Origin: Candidatus Hodarchaeota archaeon
GTDB lineage: Archaea; Asgardarchaeota; Lokiarchaeia; Sigyniarchaeales; SOKP01
Length of the DNA: 64,000 nucleotides
Direction: 5' to 3'
NCBI GenBank assembly: GCA_048886685.1
Contig: JBHLKM010000006.1
Span: 128,001-192,000, forward strand
Made by a program: the position numbers and the translations under genes. A model generated the notes under the pieces. The model was not told the origin of the DNA, made no database searches, and saw only the letters and a program-made list of their open reading frames with translations. Shown here piece by piece: positions 30,534-40,754 of the stretch; within the stretch, counting starts at the first letter, position 1, and every line of letters starts with the position of its first letter.

Positions 30534-32291
30534 CTATTGGGTTTCGTATAATTCTTTAATTTCTTGCACTGTTGTGATGTCTCTAGGTCCTTTTTCATAT
30601 CGTATACGTAAAAAAACAGGGAATCTCATAGAATAACCCAAAGTGACAAATTTTTCACTAATTGTAATCTCATCACCAGTTATCTCCATTACTACTTCTG
30701 GTTGAAACCATATGTCTGGTGTATCCTCACATATAACATAGTTCGATTTTTTATCAACTATATATTTATCCATTTCATTAGTTAGAGATTCTGATAATTC
30801 ATCGGTTAAACCCGAGAAAAAGCGAGTAAACGCAACAAATTTATCTAATTCTGGGTCATAAACTGCACCTACATATGTCCCAAATACTCCCGTTCTTCGA
30901 CCCTTTCCATAAAAAGCACCTATTAACACTACATCTACAGTGTCTTTTAATTTCCCTCCTTCTAAACTTTTTAATTTAAGCCACTTGTATCCGCGATTTC
31001 CTGCTTGATAAATTGAATCCTCTTTAATCGATTTAGCCATTATCCCTTCATTTCCTTCTTCTCCAGCTCTATTAAAGAATTCGAGCAATTCTTCGGTGGA
31101 ATTTATCAAAACTGAATTGACTAATCTTAGTTCATCTCTATCCTTAACAATTTCCTCAAGCTTTTTCCTACGTTCTGGAAAGGGTTTATCGACATATGAT
31201 TCATCTCCAAATTTTAAAAGATCAAATACAAATAAACATACTGGAACTTCTTTTAAAATCTCATCTACATCATATTTCCGTCTTCTTTGGCTTAAAACTT
31301 GAAAGGGGAGCATTTTTTCATAAACGTGATCCATAGCAACAACTTCTCCTTCAAATATCACATTTTCTGCCATGATATTTTCTCTAACGGTTTGACAGAC
31401 ATCAGGATATTGCTCTGAAATATCAAGTAATCGTCGTGAAAATAATATAACATTATCCTCACTTTTATGAATTTGAAGCCTTTCTCCATCTAATTTATAT
31501 TCCGCTACAAAAGGAACTCCTAATCTATTAGTGAACTCAGTATATATTTCTCGTGAAGCGAGCATACTTAGAATAGGTATACCATATTGTATATCTATCT
31601 TTTTTACTTCTTCTAAACCATGTTCTGCTAATACTTTTGAAATTTCGCCTAAATCAGGATGTAAGCTATAGGCTTTTTCAATAAAATCTTTATTTTCTCT
31701 CGTACCAGTGAAAGCGAGAGCTAAACCTTCTATTATTGTTGGTGACTGTACTCCTACTCGTAATGTAGAAGTTATAATCCTCAATAGATATTTATTTTCT
31801 AAGGGTGAACTTCTTCGCATCAATCCTCTCAATATTCCTAATTTTATATCATGTGAGCCGGCACCTTCAGTTAAAGCAATTTTTCTTAATTCAGAATACA
31901 ATTCAGAAATGTTTAGAAGCGGTTTCGATACCTCCTCACTTTGATTATAATCAAAAAGAGATTTTTGTTTCTTTTTTTTTGAAAGAATTAATTCTGCAGT
32001 AGCTCCTATATCTCCTTGTTTCACTAGTACTTCTTTAATTCTTTTAACTTCTATTCCGGAGTGTACTGATAATGCTTCGACAATCATCTTTTCAGCTATT
32101 CCCATTTTAGGGAATTGCTTTATGTTAGGAGTTAATTGGCCCTGCAAAAGATAAACAATTTTATCCAAATCTTCGAAATCTTTTCTTTCCTTTATAAGGC
32201 TAAAAAATTCTGATAGTAAATCAATCATTTCAAGCCTTTTTGTTGTTCCTTCAAGTTCAGAAAATAATTTCGCTAATTTATTGAATTTCAT
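30534..32291 (-). CDS. lig: ATP-dependent DNA ligase
   Basis: EYKLDGERLQIH (adenylated Lys), FEGEVV, EGIMAK, WLKLK, RFPVF. Confidence 0.97.
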   Translation of the reverse strand: MKFNKLAKLFSELEGTTKRLEMIDLLSEFFSLIKERKDFEDLDKIVYLLQGQLTPNIKQFPKMGIAEKMIVEALSVHSGIEVKRIKEVLVKQGDIGATAELILSKKKKQKSLFDYNQSEEVSKPLLNISELYSELRKIALTEGAGSHDIKLGILRGLMRRSSPLENKYLLRIITSTLRVGVQSPTIIEGLALAFTGTRENKDFIEKAYSLHPDLGEISKVLAEHGLEEVKKIDIQYGIPILSMLASREIYTEFTNRLGVPFVAEYKLDGERLQIHKSEDNVILFSRRLLDISEQYPDVCQTVRENIMAENVIFEGEVVAMDHVYEKMLPFQVLSQRRRKYDVDEILKEVPVCLFVFDLLKFGDESYVDKPFPERRKKLEEIVKDRDELRLVNSVLINSTEELLEFFNRAGEEGNEGIMAKSIKEDSIYQAGNRGYKWLKLKSLEGGKLKDTVDVVLIGAFYGKGRRTGVFGTYVGAVYDPELDKFVAFTRFFSGLTDELSESLTNEMDKYIVDKKSNYVICEDTPDIWFQPEVVMEITGDEITISEKFVTLGYSMRFPVFLRIRYEKGPRDITTVQEIKELYETQ

Positions 32292-32387
32292 ATATAATTA
32301 TAAAATTGAAGATTTGGTTATAAAATCTTATTAAATATAAAAAAGGTAATAATAAAAATTATATTAATTTTGAGAGTTTTAATACTA

Positions 32388-33332
32388 TTAAATGAGTTTT
32401 GATAATTCAATAAATTTCTTTTGAATTGCTGTTTTGATCTTTGGGTCAATTCGGTTGAAAGAATCTACTGAAAAATTAATTTTACTTCCTTCCTTTAATT
32501 GAAAAGTACAGATTGGACCATCCATTTCTTCAACAGAATAACTTCCATCTTTCTTCTTTGAGATCCAAATGTCATCAAAATGTTCCAATATAGCACTAAA
32601 TACAAAAGATATCTTCGTATTTGCAGCTAAACTTGCTTTTGAAACTTGTATAGCCGGTATTGGTTTTGTAGCGGGTTTTATTGAAGGCAATGGTTCTGAT
32701 TCATCGTATTCAGAGGCTGTATTAGATGATTTTACGGAAGTCGGTGATGGTTTTGAAACTGCAGGTGCTGGTGTGGGTTTTGAAACTGTGGGTGTGGGTG
32801 TGGGTTTTGAAACTGTGGGTGTGGGTGTGGGTTTTGAAACTGTGGGTGTGGGTGTAGGTTTTGAATCAGTAGGTGTGGGTGTAGGTTTTGAAACTGGAGG
32901 AGTTTCCACTGGTTTAGCCTCTATTTTGGGTGCTACAGTAGCTGGTTTAACAGCTCCAGCTTGGAATGTAACAATAAAATTGTCTAACTCCGTAGATTTT
33001 CGATCTAATAAAGCTTGTAATTCTTCATTTAATTGAGTATCATCTGGCACTTTTCCTACTTTTCTTGCATCTATTTCCTTTAATGTTTTGATATCACGCC
33101 CTATAATACTTTTACCCACAGTATAGCCGTGTCCTTTTAGAGATTCTGCTTGCCTTAGGGCTGTTCTTCTAGCAACTAAACCTTGCTGAATACCATGCCA
33201 TAAATAAAGTGATTCCGAAGCTTCGTCTAAAACTATTATTGAAGTATCTGGTAAAAAATTATCTTTACTCCATTTAACTGGAACAATTTCCCCACCAGGT
33301 CTTGCGTTGAACATAAGAGCAAAATCTGTCAT
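32388..33332 (-). CDS. Gelsolin-like domain protein with Pro/Thr-rich linker and small C-terminal domain
   Basis: FLPDTSIIVLDEASESLYLWHG....LVARRTALRQAESL matches the gelsolin pattern (D..ILD....Y.W.G...helix); followed by SKPTPTPT repeats. Confidence 0.7.
   Translation of the reverse strand: MTDFALMFNARPGGEIVPVKWSKDNFLPDTSIIVLDEASESLYLWHGIQQGLVARRTALRQAESLKGHGYTVGKSIIGRDIKTLKEIDARKVGKVPDDTQLNEELQALLDRKSTELDNFIVTFQAGAVKPATVAPKIEAKPVETPPVSKPTPTPTDSKPTPTPTVSKPTPTPTVSKPTPTPTVSKPTPAPAVSKPSPTSVKSSNTASEYDESEPLPSIKPATKPIPAIQVSKASLAANTKISFVFSAILEHFDDIWISKKKDGSYSVEEMDGPICTFQLKEGSKINFSVDSFNRIDPKIKTAIQKKFIELSKLI
32749..32897. repeat. 27-bp coding tandem repeat, about 5.5 copies
   Basis: Units beginning GGTTTTGAA at 32749, 32776, 32803, 32830, 32857, 32884; encode (V/D)SKPTPTPT on the minus strand. 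Confidence 0.95.
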
Positions 33333-33546
33333 TGGTTAACAACTTTAGTTATTTTTTTATAATATTCACGAATGTTTTGTTATCTATAAAATAGTGTTAA
33401 TAAATTTAAAAATTCAGTTTTCGAAAAAATTTTTTATATATCCTTTAAAAAAGGATTAACTTCAATTAGGGCTGCTAAATTTAAATTGAACAATATGATT
33501 ATTTGAATGATTAAATTCTTAAATTTACAATGTTTATTGATTTTAA

Positions 33547-34527
33547 ATGAGTGAAAAAGTGTTAAAACTAACAATTCCTAAAGGGAGTCTACAAGAAGAT
33601 ATAGCTTCTTTCTTCGAAAGAGCGGGTTTAAAGCTAAAATCGGTGTCAAAAAGAGATTATCGACCATCAGTAGGAGATCCAGAGATTTATATTAAATTAT
33701 TAAGACCACAAGAAATACCAAATTATCTAATAGGAGAAAATGAATTTGATTTAGGCATTTCAGGAATTGACTGGGTTAAAGAAACAAAAGCGGAAGTTGA
33801 AGTACTATTAGATCTAAAGATTGGGGCAGTCTCAATAGTTCTATGTGCTCCGAATAATTGGGATAATATACATAACCTAGATGATGTTCTCCAAAAATTT
33901 TATGATGAAAATAAATCCTTAAGGATCTCGACTGAGTATCTAACTTTGTCAGCTAATTATTTAAAAGAAAATGAGACTTATAAAAAACTCTATGGGGATA
34001 CCATACCATTAGTGATCACCCCTTGGAAAAGATGGGGAGAAAATGAAAAAGTTAAGATATTCCTCTCATTTGGTGCTACAGAAGCTAAACCTCCTGAAGA
34101 AGTAGATGTAATAATTGATAACACATCAACAGGTACAACCATAAAAGCTAATAATTTAAAAATAGTAGAAATTATCGATACCTCTACTGCTGTACTGATA
34201 GCCAATAAAACTGCTTTAAAAGATAAATGGAAGCAAGAAAAAATTAAAGATATTCTGGTTTTGTTAAAAGGTGTTATAGAGGCTAAAAAGAAGCTTCATA
34301 TATTCATGAATGTTCGAGAGGAAAATTTAAATCAAGTTTTATTAGAATTACCTGCCTTAAAGCGACCAACTATTTCAAAATTAGCTGGAACTGAGGGATG
34401 GTATGCCATAAATACAATAATCAAAAAGCAGGAATTCTTGAGTTTAATCCCTTTATTAAGAAAATATGCTCAAGGATTAGTTGTTCACGAGCCTCGTCAA
34501 ATCTTACCGCTTGAAGAGTTACAATAA
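33547..34527 (+). CDS. hisG: ATP phosphoribosyltransferase (long form)
   Basis: IPKGSL, LRPQEIP, DLGISGIDW, GATE, DNTSTGTT..ANNL, C-terminal regulatory domain (PTIS). Confidence 0.95.
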   Translation: MSEKVLKLTIPKGSLQEDIASFFERAGLKLKSVSKRDYRPSVGDPEIYIKLLRPQEIPNYLIGENEFDLGISGIDWVKETKAEVEVLLDLKIGAVSIVLCAPNNWDNIHNLDDVLQKFYDENKSLRISTEYLTLSANYLKENETYKKLYGDTIPLVITPWKRWGENEKVKIFLSFGATEAKPPEEVDVIIDNTSTGTTIKANNLKIVEIIDTSTAVLIANKTALKDKWKQEKIKDILVLLKGVIEAKKKLHIFMNVREENLNQVLLELPALKRPTISKLAGTEGWYAINTIIKKQEFLSLIPLLRKYAQGLVVHEPRQILPLEELQ

Positions 34528-34532
34528 TTATT

Positions 34533-35846
34533 TTGATTAACATGAATACTTTAAGAATTATTGATTCTGGTCAAATAAGTGAGGAAACGATATCCAAATA
34601 CATTCCTCGTGCAGATACTCAATTAGAATTAGTTAGAGATTCTGTAATCAATATTATTCAAGAAGTAAAAGAAAATGGCGATAAAGCTTTAATCAAATTT
34701 ACCCACAAATTCGATAAAGTAAAATTGGCGAGTGAAGAAATTCAAATTTCAAAACAAGAATTAACACAAGCTTATGAAAGAATTGATCCTAGCTTATTAC
34801 AAGCAATACATCATGCTAAGGAAAATCTAATTAAATTTAATGAAAATCAAAAACGGAAGGATTGGACTGTTGAAATTGAAAAAGGAGTTTTCGCAGGACA
34901 AATTTACCGCCCATTGGATGCAATTGGGATTTATATTCCGGGTGGTAGAGCCATATATCCTAGTACAGTTTTGATGATTGCAGCACCCGCATATGTTGCA
35001 GGAATAAAAGAAATAATTATGTGTACACCCCCTCAAGTAAATAGAAAAATTGCTCCCGAGATCATAGTTGCTGCCGATGAATTTAATATAAATAAAATTT
35101 ATAAGGTAGGAGGTGCGCAAGCTATTGCTGCTATGGCTTATGGCACAGAAACAATTCCAAAAGTTCAAAAAGTAATTGGACCTGGCAATATTTGGGTAAA
35201 TGCTGCCAAACAAATTCTTTCAAATACTATTGCTATAGATGCACCCGCAGGACCTTCAGAGATTTTAATTATAGCTGATGAAACAGCAGATCCAAATTAT
35301 ATAATCGCTGATTTTATTTCTCAAATTGAACATGATCCTGATAATGTAGGAATTCTAGTATCTGACTCAGAAAACTTAATTAATAAAATAAAAAATCAAA
35401 TTGAGAAATACGTCTCACAATCTATAAGACGCGATATAATAGAGAATGCATTAAAAAATAATTCAATAATAATTAAAGCTAAAAATTTGAAAGATTGTAT
35501 ACGAATTAGCAATTTAGTTGCTCCTGAACATCTTGAGATTTTAGTTGAAAATCCAAACGGGTTAGTAAAAGAAGTAACTAATGCAGGGGCAATATTTCTG
35601 GGGCCATATTCTCCAGTACCTTTAGGAGATTACTGTGCTGGTACAAATCACATCCTTCCAACAGGTGGAAGCGCTAAAAAATATTCTGGTTTAAATTTAT
35701 ATGATTTCCTAAAAACCATTGATGTCTTAAAATGTAAGAAAGAGGGTTTAGAAAAACTTAGAGAGACTGCAATCAAATTAGCAGAATTTGAAGGATTACT
35801 TGCTCATAAAAGATCAATCGAAGAAAGATTAAAAGATAAAGATTAA
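34533..35846 (+). CDS. hisD: Histidinol dehydrogenase
   Basis: YIPGG..IYPSTVLM, GGAQAIAAMAYG, GPGN, AGPSE, EHD, APEHL, GDYCAGTNHILPT. Confidence 0.97.
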   Translation: MINMNTLRIIDSGQISEETISKYIPRADTQLELVRDSVINIIQEVKENGDKALIKFTHKFDKVKLASEEIQISKQELTQAYERIDPSLLQAIHHAKENLIKFNENQKRKDWTVEIEKGVFAGQIYRPLDAIGIYIPGGRAIYPSTVLMIAAPAYVAGIKEIIMCTPPQVNRKIAPEIIVAADEFNINKIYKVGGAQAIAAMAYGTETIPKVQKVIGPGNIWVNAAKQILSNTIAIDAPAGPSEILIIADETADPNYIIADFISQIEHDPDNVGILVSDSENLINKIKNQIEKYVSQSIRRDIIENALKNNSIIIKAKNLKDCIRISNLVAPEHLEILVENPNGLVKEVTNAGAIFLGPYSPVPLGDYCAGTNHILPTGGSAKKYSGLNLYDFLKTIDVLKCKKEGLEKLRETAIKLAEFEGLLAHKRSIEERLKDKD

Positions 35847-35926
35847 TTAAGTAAATACATAAATAATTATTTTGACTAGAAAATCAATCAGAAATCATAG
35901 TTTTAAAATTATAAAAGGTTAATCAA

Positions 35927-37012
35927 ATGGAATTAAATGAATTGATAAGAGAAAATTTAAGAAAATATTCTGCTTATGAACCCGGTGAACAACCAATTGA
36001 AGATGGTTGGCTTAAATTAAATACAAATGAAAATCCTTTTCCACCAATTCCTGAAATATTAGATGACATAAAAAAGGCTGTTAATGAAAAAATTAGACTT
36101 TACCCTGATCCCACCTCCTTTGAATTACGAAAAGAAATTTTAAATGTATTGCTAAGAGATAAAGATACACTAACTAATAGAAATTCAATATTTATAGGAA
36201 ACGGTTCCGATGAAATTTTTGATGTAATTTTTAAAATGTTTATTGACCCTGGAGACGAAGTTGTTCTTTTTTATCCCTCTTATGGATTGTACAAGGTTTT
36301 AGCCACACTTTATAATGCTAAAATTACAGAAATTCAATTAAATGATGATTTCTCTATACCTGATTCAGCATATAACGCTAAGGGTAAACTAATGTTTATT
36401 AATTCACCGAATAATCCTAATGGAAAATCATTTGGGAATGCAACAATTTTAAAATTGTGTGGAAGCTTCCCTGGAGTAGTAGTTGTTGATGAGGCTTATG
36501 CAGATTTTTCAAACCAGACAAGCCTTCCTTTATTAAAAAAAGTAAAGAATTTAATTGTAAATCGATCATTTTCTAAAAGCTTTTCAATTGCCGGTTTAAG
36601 AATGGGTTTCGCATTAGCAGATCCCGAGATTATTAAAGAAATGAATAAAATTAAATTACCATATAATACCAATTATCTAGCACAAATTGCAGCTATTTCA
36701 TGTATTAAAAATAGTAGTAAAATTTTTGAAAGAAACAAGAAAATAGTTTCGGAAAGAGAGAGATTATCTGAGGAGTTAAATAACTTTCGGGGTGTTAGCG
36801 TTTTACCTTCAGATGCAAACTTTATATTTATAAAATTTGAAGATAAATCTAAAACCCTAAAGTTTGTTTGGGATTTAAAGGAAATGAAGATTCTAGTTCG
36901 TCACTTTAGTAAGCCCGGTCTTTATAACTATATTAGAGTAACAATTGGAACTGTTGAAGATAATAATAAATTTATTGAAGCTTTTACTAATATAGCGGAG
37001 AAGTATTTATAA
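35927..37012 (+). CDS. hisC: Histidinol-phosphate aminotransferase
   Basis: LNTNENP, GNGSDE, SPNNPNG, VDEAY, RSFSKSFSIAGLRMG. Confidence 0.95.
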   Translation: MELNELIRENLRKYSAYEPGEQPIEDGWLKLNTNENPFPPIPEILDDIKKAVNEKIRLYPDPTSFELRKEILNVLLRDKDTLTNRNSIFIGNGSDEIFDVIFKMFIDPGDEVVLFYPSYGLYKVLATLYNAKITEIQLNDDFSIPDSAYNAKGKLMFINSPNNPNGKSFGNATILKLCGSFPGVVVVDEAYADFSNQTSLPLLKKVKNLIVNRSFSKSFSIAGLRMGFALADPEIIKEMNKIKLPYNTNYLAQIAAISCIKNSSKIFERNKKIVSERERLSEELNNFRGVSVLPSDANFIFIKFEDKSKTLKFVWDLKEMKILVRHFSKPGLYNYIRVTIGTVEDNNKFIEAFTNIAEKYL

Positions 37013-37051
37013 AAATTACATTAATTTTTTTATAATAGATTTTTAGGCGAG

Positions 37052-38296
37052 TTGGTAAAAATTCCAAAAAAAGAAAAGAAAACAAAAAAGAAATTAAAAA
37101 AGAAAAAAGAAAAGAAAATAGAAAAAAAACGTCTTGCAGAAGATAAAAAAAAACTGGTAGAATGTAAATTCTGTGGATACAAAATTTCAAGACCTTTTCC
37201 AAAGGACCAACTTTGCCCTAAATGTGAAAGATTTTTAGTTGAATTATATGAATTAACAACTGAAGGGAAAGAAATAATCCAGCCCAAACAGTTTGAAACT
37301 AAAACTACTACACTATCCTCAAAATTACAAGATAAGGTAAAAGTAAAAGAAAAATCTATAGACATTTCTTTAAAAAGGGAAAAAATACCTTTGAAGAAAG
37401 GTGAATACGTTAAATTACTCGGAATCACGTCAATTGATAGGAATCAACTATATTGCAGTAATAATAGTCTAAGATATTTATTAGAATTAACGAATAATCT
37501 AGATTTTATAGCTACTGGTATCTTAGGTGGAGTACTTGATAAAATGCTTTTAATTTCTGTAGAGGATAATACTGAAGAAAAGTGTCAATTCTATGTTAAA
37601 GATGGTATAATATATCTTGTCTATGGTAAATTCCCAGATAAGAAAGGAAAATGGCTCCTTGAGCAAATGTCGAATAATTTCTCTGAATTAGTAAAAGATA
37701 AAGATGTTAATAACCTAGATAAATTAGAATCATATCAAATTGAAAGAGAATTCAGTGGTCGTACAAGTTTTATTCTTAGAGAATATCTTAAATTGCAAGA
37801 AGTATTTTCTGATCAAGAAATACCGTACGTCGAAGACACTATTCGAATTGATTATCTAGGTTTATCTTCGATGTCAATTGGAGTTATTTCATTGTTAGTA
37901 GGAGATGATATAAACGTTGAATTACAAATAGAAGTAAATAGTCTAGAAGAAGAAAGAGAAATGAAAGAATCGATGTTAACGGCAAGGATCGAAGCTATTG
38001 CTGCTAATACTCAAGGAAACACGGGAGCATTCCCTCGCTGGATATCAGTAAAACTTGAATTTCAAAAATATAGATTCTTAACATTCAAGAAATATCCAAA
38101 TGATTACTTCCTATCGTTACTTTCTGAAGGAAACTTAGGAAAAATTGATCAAGCTGAGGAAATATTAAATCCTAAAATAAGTAAAATTACTGAATCAGTT
38201 TTTTCTGGAAATTTAAAACCCTTTAATGAATTAAAGGCAAGTTTAGAGAAAGATCTAAAGATTAGAAGAAAATTTCCACCTTTTTCATTTAAATAA
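37052..38296 (+). CDS. Hypothetical protein: Lys-rich N-terminus, Zn ribbon, and alpha/beta (possibly longin-like) domains
   Basis: CKFCG...CPKC; 414-aa ORF co-oriented with the his genes. Confidence 0.65.
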   Translation: MVKIPKKEKKTKKKLKKKKEKKIEKKRLAEDKKKLVECKFCGYKISRPFPKDQLCPKCERFLVELYELTTEGKEIIQPKQFETKTTTLSSKLQDKVKVKEKSIDISLKREKIPLKKGEYVKLLGITSIDRNQLYCSNNSLRYLLELTNNLDFIATGILGGVLDKMLLISVEDNTEEKCQFYVKDGIIYLVYGKFPDKKGKWLLEQMSNNFSELVKDKDVNNLDKLESYQIEREFSGRTSFILREYLKLQEVFSDQEIPYVEDTIRIDYLGLSSMSIGVISLLVGDDINVELQIEVNSLEEEREMKESMLTARIEAIAANTQGNTGAFPRWISVKLEFQKYRFLTFKKYPNDYFLSLLSEGNLGKIDQAEEILNPKISKITESVFSGNLKPFNELKASLEKDLKIRRKFPPFSFK

Positions 38297-38332
38297 GAAC
38301 AGAATAAAATTCTTCTTCTTCTTAGTATTATA

Positions 38333-39298
38333 ATGATTTTAAATCCCGATAAAATTTGGAAAGAATTTGAAAATAATAGATTGGATAAATTAACCGCTTC
38401 TGAATTATTAATTGCTTTAATTGAAAATAGTAATAACGAAGATATTAGAATAAAAGCTATTGAATACCTAATGAAAATTCGGATTTTAAAAGACAAATTA
38501 TTCGATATTCTAGAAAACTTACTCGTTTCAGATGAAAGTGAAAAAGTAAGATATTTGGCTGTAAAATTTATTGGAGAAAATTTTTTACATAAAAGCATAT
38601 CCCTGCTGATTTGGGCAATCAATCATGAAAAAAATTATAATTCTTTAATTGAAATCATAAAATTATTGGGCAAAGTAGATAATGAGGAAACTAAATTGGT
38701 ACTATTTAATGAAATTAGGAAAATTATCAAAACAAAATATTTGAACAAAAAAAGAAAAATTGAAAATAAAAAATTTAAGAAAGTTCTGAAAAAATTGCTA
38801 AAGGAAAAAGATTATGAAGAGTTCACTCATAATGAGTTTGTCCAAATTTTAATAAATTTCCTCACTATTTCCAACTTGTTCAGCCATTATTATAATGTTT
38901 ATTATGAAACAAATTCACAGAACGGATTAATAGAAAAATTAGATTTGTCAGATTACGTAGAATATGAAGTTAAAGGAACTCCGTGGGAGTGGAAAAATAA
39001 CATTACTGATCTCTCAGAGATTCCTGGTTTAAATAACTTAAATAATCTAAAATATATTGATCTATCAAATAATCAAATTAATGATATTGAGCTCATAATT
39101 CATTTTCAAGATTTAACTCATCTCATATTAACTAATAACAATTTAAGTGCAGAAATAAACTTAAATTATTTAACAAGTTTACCTAATTTAATTTATTTGG
39201 ATTTAAGGGGAAATGATATTATTAATAATATTAAACTTAATGATTTTCCTCCACAAACCCGAGTTCTTTTACGAGATTCCTATATAAAAATAAAATAA
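38333..39298 (+). CDS. HEAT-like N-terminal domain plus short LRR protein
   Basis: N-terminus matches 25432/29159 (LDK..A..LL..LIEN, LENLLVSD); about 3-4 LRRs (LKYIDLSNNQI). Confidence 0.85.
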   Translation: MILNPDKIWKEFENNRLDKLTASELLIALIENSNNEDIRIKAIEYLMKIRILKDKLFDILENLLVSDESEKVRYLAVKFIGENFLHKSISLLIWAINHEKNYNSLIEIIKLLGKVDNEETKLVLFNEIRKIIKTKYLNKKRKIENKKFKKVLKKLLKEKDYEEFTHNEFVQILINFLTISNLFSHYYNVYYETNSQNGLIEKLDLSDYVEYEVKGTPWEWKNNITDLSEIPGLNNLNNLKYIDLSNNQINDIELIIHFQDLTHLILTNNNLSAEINLNYLTSLPNLIYLDLRGNDIINNIKLNDFPPQTRVLLRDSYIKIK

Positions 39299-39309
39299 AA
39301 AAAAAAGAT

Positions 39310-40641
39310 TTAATCTTCGATTAATTGGGTTTTGCCAGTACCCCATACTCCAAGTGCGATCCCTAATTCTTTATGTTCTTTAGCAACTTGTTTTACATTT
39401 TTTCCTTGCATAACAGCATCAATTGCTTGTCTAAATGCTTTAGCACCAGAGATTGGACCATCAGGATGACTATGAATACCACCACCGCTACCAATTAAAA
39501 TGTCATTACCAGCTTCTTTCATACATTTTTCGACCATTCCTGGGGTAATTCCTCCACTGGGCATTGGTAATGTTGGTCTGATATGTTGAAGTGGATATCG
39601 AAGTGCTTTAAGATTCTGCTCATATCTCTCATCTAATATCTCGGCTTTACCATAAGGTGCAGGAATTACAACAGTATCCGCACCACAAATTCGAGGTAGT
39701 TTCGCAAAAGTCAGCATGCTAGTCATTCCAGTCCAGATTCCTCCAAAATAAGTCCCACCAAAGTCCATATGCCCCAGAATCGGTACTTTTATTGATGGAT
39801 CTTCAGCAATTTGTCTTAAAGCTTCAAAACCAGTCGTTAAATAATTTATCATTAACGCGTTAGCACCCAATTCAATCATTTTGTCAGCATACTCAAACAT
39901 ATCAGGGAATTTTGTTGTAATATTAATTGTATATAGTGTTTTCTCTCCTTTTTCTGAATCAGCTTGATCCACGGCTTCCATAACTTGAACAATTCTATCT
40001 TCGAGTGTGTTAAAGGATGGATCTGAGATTAATTCATCATCTTTTACCACGTCACAACCACCAACTGCCGCTTTATAAACCAAATCAGCTGCTACATCTG
40101 CTGTGTGTCCGGTACAAGGTTTTACCATATTATTTAAAAGAGGACGCTCAGGAACGTTCAATAACTTTCGAAGACCATCTATACCAAATTTAGGGCCTTT
40201 GAAATCTTCTAACCATGTTTTTGGAAATGATAGATCTACTAGTTTTAATCCGTGAGTAATTGATATATTGCCAATAACAGTAGTAAAAAGCATAGGAATA
40301 CCCATTCCCTTAATATTCACGACAGGGAATCCAATTTGAACAAAATATATTCTTTCTTTAATATCCTTTGGAATTATATATTCATACATAGGCAACTCAT
40401 ATACTCCAAGCACTCTTGCTACATGATGTTTTCTAACCTCTTCTGTTTCGGCAGGAACTCGAACCCAAGTTCCTGTTGATTGTTCGATAGCTGCGAATCT
40501 AGAGAGATAGTTAACATTTTGTCCCTTAGGACGTTTTATGATATAACTGGCAATAATGTATTTTTCTAAATCTATACCATCCAAACCAATTGCTTCTGGA
40601 ATATCTAAATATTTTTCACAGCTTGGAAAAGTTTTATCCAT
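39310..40641 (-). CDS. RuBisCO-like protein (form IV)
   Basis: EQSTGTW, GPKFGIDGLR and DVVKDDE are retained, but VKPCTG, GHMDF and IPAPYGK replace the KPKxG, HRAxH and HxGTxxGK motifs of true RuBisCO. Confidence 0.88.
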   Translation of the reverse strand: MDKTFPSCEKYLDIPEAIGLDGIDLEKYIIASYIIKRPKGQNVNYLSRFAAIEQSTGTWVRVPAETEEVRKHHVARVLGVYELPMYEYIIPKDIKERIYFVQIGFPVVNIKGMGIPMLFTTVIGNISITHGLKLVDLSFPKTWLEDFKGPKFGIDGLRKLLNVPERPLLNNMVKPCTGHTADVAADLVYKAAVGGCDVVKDDELISDPSFNTLEDRIVQVMEAVDQADSEKGEKTLYTINITTKFPDMFEYADKMIELGANALMINYLTTGFEALRQIAEDPSIKVPILGHMDFGGTYFGGIWTGMTSMLTFAKLPRICGADTVVIPAPYGKAEILDERYEQNLKALRYPLQHIRPTLPMPSGGITPGMVEKCMKEAGNDILIGSGGGIHSHPDGPISGAKAFRQAIDAVMQGKNVKQVAKEHKELGIALGVWGTGKTQLIED

Positions 40642-40754
40642 TTTTCTTTCACATTAATTATTGATTGTACTAAGTGAGACTAATATCAACCAATTCAAAA
40701 ATTTTTTGAAAAAATAAAAAAGGAAACAAAAAGTAAAAAAATAATAAGATTTAA

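Noticed and set aside
32749-32897. Possible CRISPR array
   Set aside because: Head-to-tail 27-bp units with no unique spacers, in frame within a CDS, and no cas genes.
32569-33036. 155-aa plus-strand ORF with GVGVGFET repeats
   Set aside because: Antisense shadow of the Pro/Thr linker of the gelsolin-like gene.
39310-40641. Bona fide CO2-fixing RuBisCO
   Set aside because: Key motifs are substituted (KPCTG, HMDF, PAPYGK), as in form IV proteins.
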